Shown here: positions 29,793 through 41,559 of the stretch, piece after piece
Position numbering within the stretch: position 1 is the first letter of the stretch
Layout: each line of letters begins with the position of its first letter
Origin: an uncultured Chloroflexia bacterium
Lineage (GTDB): Bacteria > Chloroflexota > Limnocylindria > Limnocylindrales > CSP1-4
DNA length: 64,000 nucleotides
Assembly: GCA_963768655.1 (NCBI GenBank)
Contig: CAVYIM010000009.1
Location: forward strand, 160,001 to 224,000
Reading direction: 5' to 3'
Position numbers and translations under genes: made by a program
Notes under the pieces: generated by a model
What the model was told of the DNA's origin: nothing
The model's input: only the letters and a program-made list of their open reading frames with translations
Databases searched by the model: none

Positions 29793-32700
29793 ATGACGAA
29801 CAGCATCGAGCGGAGCGGCGGACGCGGCTTCGACGGGCGCTCCTCGCACCGCAGGCTCTGGAGCGACCGATTCGTCGGACGCGAGCGCCCGCTGGAGCGA
29901 ATAGCCGTCGGGCTGCAGAGCGTGGCCGACGGCCGGCCCAACGCGCTCATCCTGTCAGGCACCGCGGGCCTGGGTTTGACGCGACTCCTGGCCGAGACGG
30001 AGCGGCGCATCGGCGCGCTCGCGGATCCGTTCGCGGCCGTCCACGGGGTCGCCATGCCGGCCACGTCGGGCGTGCCCTATGCCCCGATCAGCGCGGCGCT
30101 GGAGCGTTTGCTCGAGCCGGTTCCCGATGAGACGCTGGCGGCGCTGGTTGGCCCGACGGGCGACGCGATCGCCCGGCTGGTGCCGAGCCTCCGGCCACGC
30201 CTGGCGGCTTTGGAACTGCTGCGCCAGCGGCCTCGCGTCGTGGCCACCGAGTGGCGCGAGGCGCGCATGCTGGAGGCAGTCCTCGGATTGCTGGAGCGTC
30301 TCGGCGAGCGCCAGCCGGTGGCGCTGCTGCTGGAGGACATGCACTACTCGGATGCCGCAACCCGCAGCCTGGCCACGTTCCTGGCGCGGGTCTCGCGGGG
30401 CCAGCGGGTCATGCTGGTCCTGACATACCAGCCCGACCGGTTGTTGCGATCCGATCCGTTGCGGGCGACGCTGGCATCTCTCGTGACGACGCCGTCCGTC
30501 GTCAACGCCGAGGTCGGGCCGCTGGACCGCGCCGAACTGGGCCAGCTCATCGAGGCTATCGAAGGCGGGCGGCCCTCGTCCACGACCCTGCTGCTGGTCG
30601 CCGAGCGGTCGCGCGGCAACCCGCTCGTCGCCGAGGAGTTGCTCGCGGCCAGGCGCGAGCTCTCCGGTGTCTCTCTGGCGGGCTCGTTCGAGCGGCTCGT
30701 GACCGCTCGTTCTTCGCTCCGCTCCCCTGAGTGCCGCCGGGTGCTGCGGCTTCTATCCCTGACCGGCGAGCCGGTCACGCGGCCGATGCTCATGGCTATG
30801 GCCACGGAGTTCGAGCGTCGGGCGCCCTCAAGACCGCCGCGGTCGACGAGCGGTGGGCGGAAGAGTGACAGCCTGGACGGAGACATCGCCGCCGGCGCGG
30901 CCGAGGGACTCGAACATGGGTTCCTGGTCGAGGTGGCCGACGGGCGGCTCACCGCGGATGGTCGCGAGCGGCGGATCTGGTTCCGCCACGAGTTGATCGC
31001 GGAAGCGATCGCCACCGATCTGCTGCCGGCCACGAGGCGGCGCTACCATGCGGCGCTGGCCGCGGCCGGGCGAGGCGATCCAGCGTCCGACGCCCCGTCC
31101 GCCGGCACGCCGATGGGGCTGCCGTCTCGCGAATACATCCGTTCGAGACCCGTTCCTCGGCCTTCCGCGTCATCAACCGCGGAGGCGGCCCCACGGGATC
31201 CGGTCGCAGCCATTCCTCCGCAGCCGGCAGCCGCTCTGGCGCATTACTTCGCCGCCCACCAGCTGGCCGAGGCGGAGCAGGCAGCGCTGGCCGCGGCGGC
31301 GGCGGCCGAAGCTCTCGACGCCGGAGCGGACGCGCTCGCCCACTACGAAAAGGCCCTCGCCCTCTACGAGATCGTACGTCTGGGAGAAGACGTGCCGCCT
31401 CTGTCCGACCTCTACGTTCGGGCCGCCGAAGCTGCCTTCGCCGCCGGCGACCCGGCTCGCGCCTCGGCCTACTGCGAGGCCGCCGCGGCCGCACTGGACG
31501 ATCCCCACGAGCGTCTTGCCCTCGGCCTGGTGATGGAGCAGCTGGGCCGCTACCGCCGCGCCTCGGGCGACCAGGAGGGATCGCTCGCGGCCTACAAGCG
31601 GGCCGTCGATCTCGTCCCGCGCGAGCCGACCGCGGCTCGGGCCCGCGTCCTCGGCTCGCTGGCCCAGTTCCGGATGCTCGAGGGCGTCTTCTCGGAAGCG
31701 AGGAGATACGCGCAGGAAGCGGTTGCGGTGGCGATCGAGGTCGGCGAGGAGGCTCGCCAGGAACTCCTCCACGCCACTTGCACGCTGGCGGTGGCCCAGG
31801 CCTGGGGGGAAGAGCCCGAACCGGCCGTCGAGATGCTGCGCCAGACACTGGTCGACGCCGCGGCGCTGGGGCGGCTCGACGACCTGTTCCGGGTGTACGC
31901 CAACCTCACCACCGTCCTGGACCTGCTCGGTCGCCGCGAGGAGGCGATCGCGATGGCCTACGAAGGGATCGCCGAAGCCGAGCGGGAAGGCCAGGCCACG
32001 GTGTACGGCAACTTCCTGCGGGCCAACGCCTCCGAATCCCTGTACTTCATGGGCCGCTGGCCCGAGTGCCGCCGTCTCTGTCTGGACGCTCTGAGCTGGA
32101 ACCCGGTGGGCATCTGGTTCCTCTCGCCGCTCCTTAATCTCGCGACGGTCGAAGTCGCCATGAGCGCGGGCGAGTCTGCCGGCAGACTGCTCGGGCAGCT
32201 CCTGCTGGCGCTCGAAACCGTCCAGGATCCGCAGTTCGCCGTGCCGGCCCAGCAGACGGCGGCTGCGTATGCGCTGTGGCAGGAGGACCTCGCGGATGCC
32301 CGCCGGGCGGCGGAGCGTGGCTGGCAGAAGGTCAGCGACACCGAGGACTGGCTGCTGATGGCACGCATGGCATCGACCTGCCTCGAGGTCGACGCCACCA
32401 TTGCCGAGGACGCCCACCGCCGCCGCGACTTCGCCTCACTCGCGGCTGCCCGCGAGCGAAGCCTCCCGATCGTTCTTCAGGCGGAGGCAGTCGTGAAGGG
32501 CTGCGGCGTTCCGACGAGGTTCGGGTCTCGCCGGCAGGCGGATCTGGCGATCCGGGTGGCCAGGGCGTTCCGGGCGCGAATTGAGGGTCACGACGATCCG
32601 GCTACGTGGACGCAGCTCGCCGCCGACTGGGCCGAGCTGGGAGATCCGTATGAAGCCGCCCGCGCCCACTGGCGGGAGGCCGAAGCTCTCCTCGATCGAG

Positions 32701-33278
32701 CCCGCGGCCGCTCCACTCGGACCGCGGCTCGCGATCCGCTCAGCGCCGCCGCGGAAGGCGCCTACGGCCTGGGGGCGTGGCCGCTGCTAAGGGCCGTTGC
32801 CGAGCTGTCGCGGCGGGCCATGCTGCCTCTCCCCAAGCACATCGAGGCGGCCCTGGAGGGTCGGCTCGAGCCCCTCGCCGCTCCCACCCGGTCGATCGCC
32901 ACCCGGCCCGGAGCCCCTGCCCGGCCCGCGGTTCCGTCACTGGCAAGCCGTGGTGGCGCGACGGGACAGGGCGCCGGCCAGGGCGCGGGCGGATCGGCCG
33001 GCGCGGCCGCGCCCCGCTGGGAGTCGGGCTTCGTGGCCGACTTCGCCGCCTCGGCGGTCCAGCAGGCGCAACACGACTTCGGCCTCAGCAAGCGCGAGCT
33101 CGAGGTCCTGGCACTGATCGCCGAGGGGCGCAGCAATCCGGAGATCGGCCGGCAGCTGTACATCACGCGCAAGACGGTGGCCGTGCACGTGAGCAACATC
33201 CTGACCAAGCTCGGCGTGTCGGGACGGGTCGAGGCGGCCGCCGCCGCGATCAGGCTGGGACTGACCGAGAGCGCGTAG
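29793..33278 (+). CDS. STAND/MalT-like regulator: AAA ATPase + TPR-like + LuxR HTH
   Basis: FVGRE, Walker A region GTAGLGLT, Walker B LLLEDMH, RSRGNPL, WFRHEL, and C-terminal [37 protein letters not shown]. Confidence 0.93.
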   Translation: MTNSIERSGGRGFDGRSSHRRLWSDRFVGRERPLERIAVGLQSVADGRPNALILSGTAGLGLTRLLAETERRIGALADPFAAVHGVAMPATSGVPYAPISAALERLLEPVPDETLAALVGPTGDAIARLVPSLRPRLAALELLRQRPRVVATEWREARMLEAVLGLLERLGERQPVALLLEDMHYSDAATRSLATFLARVSRGQRVMLVLTYQPDRLLRSDPLRATLASLVTTPSVVNAEVGPLDRAELGQLIEAIEGGRPSSTTLLLVAERSRGNPLVAEELLAARRELSGVSLAGSFERLVTARSSLRSPECRRVLRLLSLTGEPVTRPMLMAMATEFERRAPSRPPRSTSGGRKSDSLDGDIAAGAAEGLEHGFLVEVADGRLTADGRERRIWFRHELIAEAIATDLLPATRRRYHAALAAAGRGDPASDAPSAGTPMGLPSREYIRSRPVPRPSASSTAEAAPRDPVAAIPPQPAAALAHYFAAHQLAEAEQAALAAAAAAEALDAGADALAHYEKALALYEIVRLGEDVPPLSDLYVRAAEAAFAAGDPARASAYCEAAAAALDDPHERLALGLVMEQLGRYRRASGDQEGSLAAYKRAVDLVPREPTAARARVLGSLAQFRMLEGVFSEARRYAQEAVAVAIEVGEEARQELLHATCTLAVAQAWGEEPEPAVEMLRQTLVDAAALGRLDDLFRVYANLTTVLDLLGRREEAIAMAYEGIAEAEREGQATVYGNFLRANASESLYFMGRWPECRRLCLDALSWNPVGIWFLSPLLNLATVEVAMSAGESAGRLLGQLLLALETVQDPQFAVPAQQTAAAYALWQEDLADARRAAERGWQKVSDTEDWLLMARMASTCLEVDATIAEDAHRRRDFASLAAARERSLPIVLQAEAVVKGCGVPTRFGSRRQADLAIRVARAFRARIEGHDDPATWTQLAADWAELGDPYEAARAHWREAEALLDRARGRSTRTAARDPLSAAAEGAYGLGAWPLLRAVAELSRRAMLPLPKHIEAALEGRLEPLAAPTRSIATRPGAPARPAVPSLASRGGATGQGAGQGAGGSAGAAAPRWESGFVADFAASAVQQAQHDFGLSKRELEVLALIAEGRSNPEIGRQLYITRKTVAVHVSNILTKLGVSGRVEAAAAAIRLGLTESA

Positions 33279-33369
33279 GGCGGCGGCACCGAGGGCTCGC
33301 TTCGGTGGCCCGCGGGTCTCCCGCGATGTCGCTCAGCGCCTCCGCCGCCGGCGCCGTCCGACGGACACA

Positions 33370-33400
33370 AAGAAACCCGGACTCAGTGTCCGGGTTTCTT
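33370..33400. terminator. Bidirectional intrinsic terminator
   Basis: 13-bp perfect stem AAGAAACCCGGAC-tcagt-GTCCGGGTTTCTT, U-rich on both strands. Confidence 0.85.
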
Positions 33401-33414
33401 GCGGCGTATCCGAC

Positions 33415-33483
33415 CTACCAGCGCTTGCCCCAAATGATCACGACAAACGCCAGGAGGAACGGAGCCAGATCCGTGAAGTCCAC
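33415..33483 (-). CDS. 22-aa hydrophobic small protein MDFTDLAPFLLAFVVIIWGKRW
   Basis: AAAGGAG SD 6 nt before GTG, TAG stop, then a terminator. Upstream promoter-like motif. Too short for the ORF track. Confidence 0.7.
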   Translation of the reverse strand: MDFTDLAPFLLAFVVIIWGKRW

Positions 33484-33548
33484 AGTCGACTCCTTTGTCT
33501 GCTCTCCCCCTTGGGAAGTTGCCACGCAGGCCGTGTGCAGCGTCGGTA

Positions 33549-33595
33549 ACCATATCCCTTTCTGGCCAAGATTCTCAATCGCTCATCCGTACGGA
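33549..33595 (-). promoter_or_regulatory. Sigma70-like promoter for the small ORF, with an upstream palindrome
   Basis: TTGAGA (33578-33573), N18, TATGGT (33554-33549). Perfect palindrome TCCGTACGGA at 33586-33595. Confidence 0.5.
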
Positions 33596-33799
33596 GGGTA
33601 CCGACCGGACCCGGGGCCGGGTACTGCCAGGTCCCGAGCCGAATGGGGCAAGGGTTATTCCCTAGAGGTTCCGCGGGATCCTGGGCTTCTTCCCGATCTT
33701 CGGGTCGTCCGGCCGGTGAGCCTGACCCTACACTTCGGCCAGCGGACCAGAGCCGGCGCCGCGCGGCACGGCCCTGCTCGCACCTCGAGGTGACGTGGC

Positions 33800-34486
33800 G
33801 TGCCGACCGACGTCCAGTTCCAGCTCGACATCTCGACGCGGCTCCTCGTGGCCGCAGGCTTTGGGGCGATGATCGGCCTGGAGCGCGAGATCCACGGCCA
33901 CCAGGCGGGTGTGCGAACGCACATGCTCGTGTCGCTGGGCTCCGCGATATTCACCGTGCTATCTATCTACGGCTTCCACGCGGTCGCGGGAACCGGCAGC
34001 GTCGACCCGAGTCGCATCTCGGCCCAGATCGTGACCGGCATCGGCTTCCTGGGCGCGGGTGCGATCGTTAAGTTCGGGACCAACGTCCGCGGCCTGACCA
34101 CCGCTGCCAGCCTGTGGGTCGTGGCCGCCGTCGGTCTGGCCGCCGGAACCGGCTGGTACTTTGTGGCCGCGGTTGGCACCGCGCTGGCGATGCTGTCGCT
34201 GTGGCCCGTCCATCGTCTGGTTGCCAAACTCGAGCTGTCCGGTGGGCGCGTCGTCCGGGTTCGCCTCAATCTCAGGAAGCTGGACCTCTTCGCCGGCGTC
34301 TCGCAGATCCTTCTGTCCAACCGGGTGGAAATAGTGAGCGTCCAGAGCGAGAAGACGAAGGGGGGCCACTTCATGGACCTGGAGCTCCGGCTGCCGGTTG
34401 GGGGGCTGGACCACAAGATCCTTTCGGAGCTTGGACAGATGAGGGATGTCGAGGTGGAGACGATCGCGGCGGTCGAAGAGGCCTGA
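33800..34486 (+). CDS. MgtC/SapB family membrane protein
   Basis: IGLERE..AGVRTHMLV, DPSRISAQIVTGIGFLGAG and VRGLTTAASLW, plus an ACT-like C-terminus. Confidence 0.92.
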   Translation: MPTDVQFQLDISTRLLVAAGFGAMIGLEREIHGHQAGVRTHMLVSLGSAIFTVLSIYGFHAVAGTGSVDPSRISAQIVTGIGFLGAGAIVKFGTNVRGLTTAASLWVVAAVGLAAGTGWYFVAAVGTALAMLSLWPVHRLVAKLELSGGRVVRVRLNLRKLDLFAGVSQILLSNRVEIVSVQSEKTKGGHFMDLELRLPVGGLDHKILSELGQMRDVEVETIAAVEEA

Positions 34487-34497
34487 GCCCGCGGCGG

Positions 34498-37400
34498 TCA
34501 GTCGGCCGATTTCTCCGATGCCGCGGGCTTCCCGGGCCGTGCAGCCAGAGCCGCATCCACGGCCGAGATCAGCGACTCGGACGTGAAGGGCTTGGCCAGG
34601 AAGTCTATCCCTGCGTCCAGGACGCCGTCGCGGACGATGCCCTTGTCCGTGTGGCCCGACATGTAGAGGACCCGGAGGCCGGGCTGGGAGGCGGAGAGCC
34701 GCGTGGCCACGTCGCGGCCGCTCATGCCGGGCATGATCACGTCGGTGAGGAGCAGCTCCACGGCGGTGTCGCGCGCCGCCTCGATGGCCGCCGAGCCGTC
34801 CTGGGCGGTCAGGACCCGGTAGCCGGCCGTCTCCAGGACGCGGCTCGCGAATCGTCTGACGCCGCTGTCGTCCTCGACGACGAGGATCGTGGCCGTCCTC
34901 GCGGCGCCGGTCGTCGCGGCCCGCGGTGCCTCCGGGCTGGCGGCGCTGGTCCTCTCGACGCGCGGCAGGTAGACGGTGAACGTCGACCCGTTGCCCGGTT
35001 TGCTTCGAGCGGAGACCGTTCCCCCGGACTGTTGAACGATGCCGTAGACCGTTGCCAGCCCGAGGCCCGTGCCCTTGCCCGGGCCCTTCGTAGTGAAGAA
35101 TGGCTCGAAGAGGTGGTCCAGGGTGTCGGCATCCATGCCCGTGCCCGTGTCCGTCACCGACAGCGTGGTCATTCTTGCCGGCAGCTCGGCGCCGGCCTGT
35201 GACTCGACGGTCGGGGTCGAGTCCAGGTCGGCGATCTCGATCGTCAACGTGCCGCCGTCGGGCATGGCGTCGCTGGCATTCACCGCAAGGTTGAGGATCA
35301 CCTGCTCGATCTGACCCGGGTCCGCCAGGACGCAGCCGGTGCCATCCGGGACGACTGTCAGCAGCCGGACGTCCTCGCCGATGAGTCGACCCAGCATCGG
35401 CTCCAAACGCCGGACGACCTCGCCCAGATCGACCACCTCCGGTTGCAGGACAGTCCTTCGAGCAAACGCCAGGAGCTGGCGGGTCAGCCTCGCGGCGCGA
35501 TCCGCGGCCTGCTCTATCTGCTCCAGGTCTTCGCGCGGCCCTTCGCCTGGCGGAAGCTCGGCCAGGGCGAGGCTGGCGCTGCCGCGGATGGCGGTCAGGA
35601 GGTTGTTGAAATCGTGGGCGATGCCGCCGGCGAGACGGCCGATGCCCTCCATCTTCTGGGCCTGGCGCAGCTGCTGCTCGAGTTCGGCTCGCTCGGCATC
35701 CGCCTGGCGCCGTTCGCTGACGTCGCGGGCGATGCTCAGGATGGCCTTGCGGCCGCCCAGGTCGATGACGGTGGCGCTGACCTCGACCGGGATGGCGACC
35801 CCGTCTCGTCGAACGTGCGCCGTTTCGAAGAAGGCCGAGTGCTGGCTGGTGAGCGCTTGTTCGCGGATCGGGACGAGGGCGGCGAACTCCGGCGCATCTA
35901 TGTCGGTCGGCCCCATGGCCAGGAGCTCTTCGCGGCTGTAGCCGAGCCGCTCACAGGCGGTGCGATTGACCTCTACGAACTTGCCGCCGATGTCGTGGAT
36001 GAAGATCGCGTCGTTGGCGAAGTCGAAGAGCGACCGGAAACGCTCCTCCGACTGCCGGAGGGCCTGCTCCGCGCCATAGCGGTCGGAGATATCCAGGCCG
36101 GCGGTGACCAATCCGATGATCTCCCCGCCCTTGGATCGGAGTGGGGCTTTGGTCAGTAGCTGGCGCCGCACAGTCCCGTCGGGGAAGGCCATGTCGGCCT
36201 CGTACGTGTGCGCCGTCCCGTCCGCCAGGATCTCGCGGTCGCGGTCGGCGTGTACCGCCGCGTCGGGCTGGCCGAGCTCACCGATCGTCTTGCCGATGAT
36301 CTCTTCGCGGGGCCGGCCCGGACCGGCCGCGAACGCGGTGTTGCAGAGCTCCAGCCGGCCATCCACGTTCTTGGCGTTGATCGGGAAAGGCAGGGCGTCG
36401 AGCAGCTCCTGCATGAAACGCGCCTGCTCGCGCAGCGCCTCCTCGGACCGGCGGCGCTCGGTGATGTCGCGATGGACGGATAGGATCGCCGGCTCGCCGC
36501 GGTACTCTACTCGCCGCGCCACCACCTCGATGGGAACCTCTATGCCATCGCGCCGCAGGTGCGTGGTTTCGAACACGAGCAGCCCAACTTGCATCATTCG
36601 CTCGATGCGTTCGGGGATCAGAGACGCCATCTCAGCCGTATTGATGTCGCCGATGGTCATCCCCAGGAGCTGCTCGCGGGTGTAGCCGAGGCGCTCGCAC
36701 AGGACCCGGTTGACCTCCAGAAAGGGGCCGGCCGGGTTGTGGATTGCTGCGCCGTCGCCGATGCTGTCGAAGACGGTTCGGAACTCAGCTTCCGATCGGC
36801 GTGCGGCCTCGTCGATCTCGTGCCGCACCGATATGTCGCGCACCGACGAGACGACGCCCACGATCTCGCCACCGGCGTTCCGGTGCGGCCGGTTGGTCTG
36901 GACGACCCAGCCGCGTCGGCCCGTGCGAGAGATCACGTACTCGAACTCGCGCGACGTGGGCGACTCGCCGGCAAGGGCTCTCTCCAGGTCCTCGCCGACG
37001 CCCGTCGCCATGACTTCGGGGAACGCTTCACGGGCTTCTCTTCCGAGAACATGGTCAGCGGCCAGTCCCGTCAGCTCCTCCATGACCGGATTCCAGACGA
37101 CATACCGAAGGTCGCCGTCGTAGACGATGATCCCCTCGCCGGCGCTGGCAATGATCGTCTCGACGAACGCGTTCCGCTCGCGAGTGGCGGCCTCGGCGCG
37201 CCGGCTGGACGTGACGTCCTCGATCATCGCCATGATCCACGTTGGCCCCACGCGCGAGAGGCGGACGAGCACCGTGCGGTCGGTCGTCGCGTCGTGCCCC
37301 TCGAATTCCTCCGGTTGACCGCTCGATGTGACCCGGCGCGCCCGTTCGATCAGCTCCGGCCTGAGTTCGGGTCTGACCTCCAGAGCCCGCAGCCCGAGGA

Positions 37401-37605
37401 GCTGCTCGGCCTTCTGGCCGGTCAACCTCTCGAAGGCGGGGTTGACGTCGATTATGCGGTAGTCGGCCGGCATCCCGGCTTCGTCGCGCAGCGTCTCGGC
37501 GATGGCGACGGCGGTCGACATCTGTTCGAACAGCATCGAATGGATGTCCGCGGATGCGGGTGCGTCGTCCTCAGGGCACCCGTCGGAACGGTCTGCGTCC
37601 GCCAC
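34498..37605 (-). CDS. Hybrid sensor histidine kinase (about 5 PAS domains + HisKA + HATPase + receiver)
   Basis: [38 protein letters not shown], and receiver [15 protein letters not shown]. Confidence 0.95.
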   Translation of the reverse strand: MADADRSDGCPEDDAPASADIHSMLFEQMSTAVAIAETLRDEAGMPADYRIIDVNPAFERLTGQKAEQLLGLRALEVRPELRPELIERARRVTSSGQPEEFEGHDATTDRTVLVRLSRVGPTWIMAMIEDVTSSRRAEAATRERNAFVETIIASAGEGIIVYDGDLRYVVWNPVMEELTGLAADHVLGREAREAFPEVMATGVGEDLERALAGESPTSREFEYVISRTGRRGWVVQTNRPHRNAGGEIVGVVSSVRDISVRHEIDEAARRSEAEFRTVFDSIGDGAAIHNPAGPFLEVNRVLCERLGYTREQLLGMTIGDINTAEMASLIPERIERMMQVGLLVFETTHLRRDGIEVPIEVVARRVEYRGEPAILSVHRDITERRRSEEALREQARFMQELLDALPFPINAKNVDGRLELCNTAFAAGPGRPREEIIGKTIGELGQPDAAVHADRDREILADGTAHTYEADMAFPDGTVRRQLLTKAPLRSKGGEIIGLVTAGLDISDRYGAEQALRQSEERFRSLFDFANDAIFIHDIGGKFVEVNRTACERLGYSREELLAMGPTDIDAPEFAALVPIREQALTSQHSAFFETAHVRRDGVAIPVEVSATVIDLGGRKAILSIARDVSERRQADAERAELEQQLRQAQKMEGIGRLAGGIAHDFNNLLTAIRGSASLALAELPPGEGPREDLEQIEQAADRAARLTRQLLAFARRTVLQPEVVDLGEVVRRLEPMLGRLIGEDVRLLTVVPDGTGCVLADPGQIEQVILNLAVNASDAMPDGGTLTIEIADLDSTPTVESQAGAELPARMTTLSVTDTGTGMDADTLDHLFEPFFTTKGPGKGTGLGLATVYGIVQQSGGTVSARSKPGNGSTFTVYLPRVERTSAASPEAPRAATTGAARTATILVVEDDSGVRRFASRVLETAGYRVLTAQDGSAAIEAARDTAVELLLTDVIMPGMSGRDVATRLSASQPGLRVLYMSGHTDKGIVRDGVLDAGIDFLAKPFTSESLISAVDAALAARPGKPAASEKSAD

Positions 37606-37891
37606 GCTCGCCTCATTCTCCGGCTATGGGCTCTACCGCACCCTACCACCGCCGGTGCCGGGAACCCGCCGCGTGTGATCTCGGGGCAGAACCAGATACC
37701 GCCTGGCAGCGGCCGACAGCCCGGCCATCTTCTCACCGCGCCATGGCCGAGTCCATGCGGATTTCGGACCAGGTTGGCCACCTTGCGATCGGAGGCGGTG
37801 GCGCCTCAGAGACGGGCGCAGCCCGGGGAATTGGCGGGCGCGGCGGTGAGACCGGCGGCGCGGCCTCAGATCGGCGGCGCAGCTCGGGGCC

Positions 37892-39353
37892 CTACTGGGC
37901 CTTGACCGCCGCGATCAGATTCTGCGAGACCCTGCTTGGCGTCGGCGAAGTACATCCCGGTCTTCGGGTTCACGTACAGAGGGTTGTCGACGCCGGCGTA
38001 ACCGCGACCCATCGAGCGCTTCATGACGATGATCGACCGGGCGTGGTCCACGTCCAGGATCGGCATGCCGAAGATCGGGCTGGTGCGGTCCGTTCGGGCG
38101 GCGGGGTTGGTGACGTCGTTGGCGCCGATCACGAGGGCGACGTCCGTCCGCTCGAACTCGGGGTTGATATCGTCCATTTCTTTGAGCTGCGGGTACGGCA
38201 CGTTGGCCTCGGCGAGCAGCACATTCATGTGGCCGGGCATCCGGCCGGCAACCGGGTGGATGGCATAGGAGACGTCGATCCCGCGGGCCTCCAAGAGGTC
38301 GGCCAGCTCGCGGACGCCGTGCTGCGCCTGGGCGACCGCCAGGCCGTAGCCGGGGACAATGACGACCTTGCTGGCATAGGCGAGCTGGATCGCGGCGTCG
38401 TCGACCGACACCTCCCGGATCGTCCCGCCCTCGCTAGTCATCGCCGCCTGCGACCCCTCCGCGACGCCGAAGCCGCCGACCAGGATGTTGGCGATCGAAC
38501 GGTTCATCGCGTCGGCCATGAGCTTGGTCAGGATCGCCCCAGAAGCCCCCACGAGCGCCCCGGCGACGATGAGGATCACGTTGCCGACGACGAAGCCGGC
38601 CATGGCTACGGCGGTGCCCGTGAAGGCGTTGAGCATCGAGATCACGACCGGCATGTCCGCCCCGCCGATCGGCAGGACCATCGTCACGCCGAAGATGAGA
38701 GCGCCGACGAGGGCCGCGATGAGGAGCCCATTCAGGATCTCGGTGTCGTAGTTGAAGAGCCCGGCACCGGCCAATACGAGCACGATGGAGCAGCTGATCG
38801 ACACGATCAACGCGATGGCCGACAGGAAGCGCCCGCCCGGCAGAATGATCGGCTGGCCCTTGAGCCTGCCCATCAGCTTGGCCGTGGCGATCAGCGAGCC
38901 GGTGAACGTCACCGATCCGACGACGACATCGACGACGATGAAGAAGATCAGCCAGCCGTCCAGGCTCGCCAGCGCGCCTTCGGGAGTGCGTTGGCTGCCC
39001 AGGCGGACGAAGTCGTCGATGGCGAGCACGGCCGCGGCTCCGCCGCCCATGGCGTTGAAGAGAGAGACGAGCTGCGGCATCGCGGTCATGGCGACCGTCC
39101 GCGCCAGACGCAGGCCGGCGGCTCCACCCACCACCAGGCCGCCGACGATGATCGCCCAGTTCCCGATCCCAGGACTCGAGTTGGCGACGAAGACCAGTTC
39201 CGATATGACGGCGATGGTCATGCCGATCGCGGACAGGCGGTTGCCATTGCGCGCCGAGGCCGGCGAATTCATCAGGTGCAGGCCCATCGCGAAAAGCGAG
39301 GCCCCGACCAGGAACGCGAACTGCACCAGGTACCCGAGGTCGATGGGGTTCAT
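37892..39353 (-). CDS. pntB: NAD(P) transhydrogenase beta subunit (apparent frameshift near the 3' end)
   Basis: MPQLVSLFN, PIGGADMPVVIS, PGYGLAVAQAQH, HPVAGRMPGHMNVLLAEA and GANDVTNPAA. A single-base correction near 37920 gives ..LIAAVKAQ*. Confidence 0.95.
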
Positions 39354-39366
39354 GGCCGGCTCCTCG

Positions 39367-39681
39367 TCATTCGGCGGACTTGTCGGCCTTGGGGACCGGG
39401 CGTCGTTTGAACATCTGCAGCATCCGGTCGGTGACCCAGTAGCCGCCCACGACATTCGCACTGGCGAAGACGACGGCCACGAAGGCGAGGACGCCGGTCA
39501 GCGTGTTGTCGGCCGTGCCCGCGAGAGCGATGGCGCCCACGAGAACGATGCCGTGGATCGAGTTGGTGCCCGACATCAGTGGCGTGTGCAACGTCGCCGG
39601 GACGCGGCTGATCACTTCGAAGCCGAGCAGTATCGCCAGGGCAAAGACCGTCAGGTCGTTGATCAGTGTGCCGACGTTCAT
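39367..39681 (-). CDS. pntAB: NAD(P) transhydrogenase alpha subunit, membrane part (PntAB)
   Basis: VPATLHTPLMSGTNSIHG, NVVGGYWVTDRMLQMF. Confidence 0.95.
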   Translation of the reverse strand: MNVGTLINDLTVFALAILLGFEVISRVPATLHTPLMSGTNSIHGIVLVGAIALAGTADNTLTGVLAFVAVVFASANVVGGYWVTDRMLQMFKRRPVPKADKSAE

Positions 39682-40838
39682 GCCTGGTCGCCTCCCTTTG
39701 GAGCCGGCTGGAGCAGCTTCAGGGTCGCCGCCTGGACGACCTTGCCGCCGTGAGTGATCACCGTCGCAGCCGTCACCTCATCGTCGAAGTCGAGATGGAT
39801 GGCTCCGTCGACGACGAAATTCAGCAGCAGGTTGGAGATGTTGCGCGAATAGAAGATGCTGGCCCCGGTCGGCATCGATGCCGGCAGGTTGAGAGGGGCG
39901 TGGATCTCGACGCCGTTGGCGCTGGTCACGAGTTTGCCCGGCCGGGACAATTCGCAGTTGCCGCCCAGCTCGCTGGCGGCCATGTCGACGATCACCGAGC
40001 CGGTCTTCATACCCTCCACCGCGGCGCGAGTCACCAGGACGGGGGGACGGCGGCCGGGAACCTGGGCGGTGGTGATCACAATGTCGGAAGTGGCGATGAT
40101 GCCGTTCAGCTCGGCCTGCTGGGCGGCCTGCTCCTCGGCCGTGAGGGCGCGCGCGTAGCCGCCCTGGCCGGTGGCCTCGATCGCGGACTTCAGCGTGACG
40201 AATTGCGCGCCCAGGGACTCGGCCTGCTCCTTGGTGTCGCGGCGGACGTCGTAGGCCTTGACCATCGCCCCCAGCCGTCGGGCGGTGGCGATCGCCTGCA
40301 GACCGGCAACGCCGACGCCGAGCACGAGCACGTTGGCCGGCTTGGCGGTGCCGGCCGGGGTCGTGAGCAGCGGGAAGTAACGCCCGAAGGCATTCGCGGC
40401 GATCAGCACGGCCTTGTACCCGCCGACGTTGGCCTGCGACGAGAGGGCGTCCATGCTCTGCGAGCGGCTGAGCGTGCGAGGGATGGCGTCGAGGCTGATC
40501 GCGGTCACCTTCAGTCGAGCGAGACTGGCCATCGCCCGGGGATCGAGCAGCGGCGCGAGCAGGCCGATCACGACCTGGCCCTCGTGGAGCATTTTCGTCT
40601 CATCCGGAGTGGGGCGATGGATGCGCAGAATGATGTCGCCGGTCGAGTAGAGGGTCGCGGTGTTCACGACCTTCGCCCCCGCCTCGACGTAGCTCTGGTC
40701 CGGGAACGAGGCGGCGGCACCTGCGCCTCGTTCGACGAGCACGGTCATGCCCGCTTCCCGGAGCTTCCCGACCGCCTCGGGGACCAGCGCCACGCGCCGT
40801 TCCTCCGATGCGATCTCCCTGGCTACGCCAACTTTCAT
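39678..40838 (-). CDS. pntAA: NAD(P) transhydrogenase alpha subunit, NAD(H)-binding part (PntAA)
   Basis: ERRVALVP, RSQSMDALSSQ, GVGVAGLQA and DMAA..GGNC. Confidence 0.95.
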   Translation of the reverse strand: MKVGVAREIASEERRVALVPEAVGKLREAGMTVLVERGAGAAASFPDQSYVEAGAKVVNTATLYSTGDIILRIHRPTPDETKMLHEGQVVIGLLAPLLDPRAMASLARLKVTAISLDAIPRTLSRSQSMDALSSQANVGGYKAVLIAANAFGRYFPLLTTPAGTAKPANVLVLGVGVAGLQAIATARRLGAMVKAYDVRRDTKEQAESLGAQFVTLKSAIEATGQGGYARALTAEEQAAQQAELNGIIATSDIVITTAQVPGRRPPVLVTRAAVEGMKTGSVIVDMAASELGGNCELSRPGKLVTSANGVEIHAPLNLPASMPTGASIFYSRNISNLLLNFVVDGAIHLDFDDEVTAATVITHGGKVVQAATLKLLQPAPKGGDQA

Positions 40839-41226
40839 GGTGGTACCACCTGCTGCACGCATCTTGGACCAGCCGGCTCAAGGCAGGAGCGTCCAGCGAG
40901 GACGCGCCCGACAGTCTAGCCCGGCTTGCCGGGCCGTGCCGCGCCCAGCGGCACCGCCGCTCTTGCTCGATCGCCGGGCCGTTCCTGGGACACGACCGCC
41001 GGCCATCGTGCGGCCGGCATCGAGGTCAGCACGACCATCGCACATCTCACATTTCCGGGCGACGGAAACGGTCTCCTGTCTCGCCAGACCGACCACGCTC
41101 CCACACCTCGACCCATTCGAAGATGACCTCTGGTCACATTTCCACGAAGGCGTATAGTGATTCCGTAATCGCCGGCGCTGCCGGCGAGTTTCACCGAAAC
41201 GGGTCGTGGATCGGAGGAGGAAGACG

Positions 41227-41559
41227 ATGGTCACCGTACGCAAGGCCGACCCGGCTCTCATGGACAAAGCCGCCACACCAACGCGCGAGTTGAGCCCGGC
41301 CGCAAAGGAGCGGGATCAGCAACAGCGCCAGTTCAAGCGGCTCATCGCCCAGCTCAAAGGTCCCGAGCAGGTCTTCGTGGTTCGGCTCGATCCCACCGAA
41401 AAGCCGATAACGATTCGGCAGCGATTGTTGCGCGTAGCCGCCGAAGCCAACGTCGAGATCGCCGTCCGAAAGCACGGCGACGGTTTCCTCGTTGGTTTGC
41501 TCACACCTGAGCGTCGCACCAATCGTGGGCGCCGCGCTGCGGGCGCGCCTAAGGCCTGA
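41227..41559 (+). CDS. Small basic hypothetical protein (110 aa)
   Basis: GGAGGAGG SD and TATAGT -10 at 41153-41158. Arg/Lys-rich with an RGRR tail. Confidence 0.75.
   Translation: MVTVRKADPALMDKAATPTRELSPAAKERDQQQRQFKRLIAQLKGPEQVFVVRLDPTEKPITIRQRLLRVAAEANVEIAVRKHGDGFLVGLLTPERRTNRGRRAAGAPKA

Noticed and set aside
37650-37730. c-di-AMP riboswitch-like fragments (GGGAACC, GGGG..GAA, CCGACAGC)
   Set aside because: GTAGGG, CCCGAA and TAAC elements are missing, and the orientation is opposite to the flanking genes.
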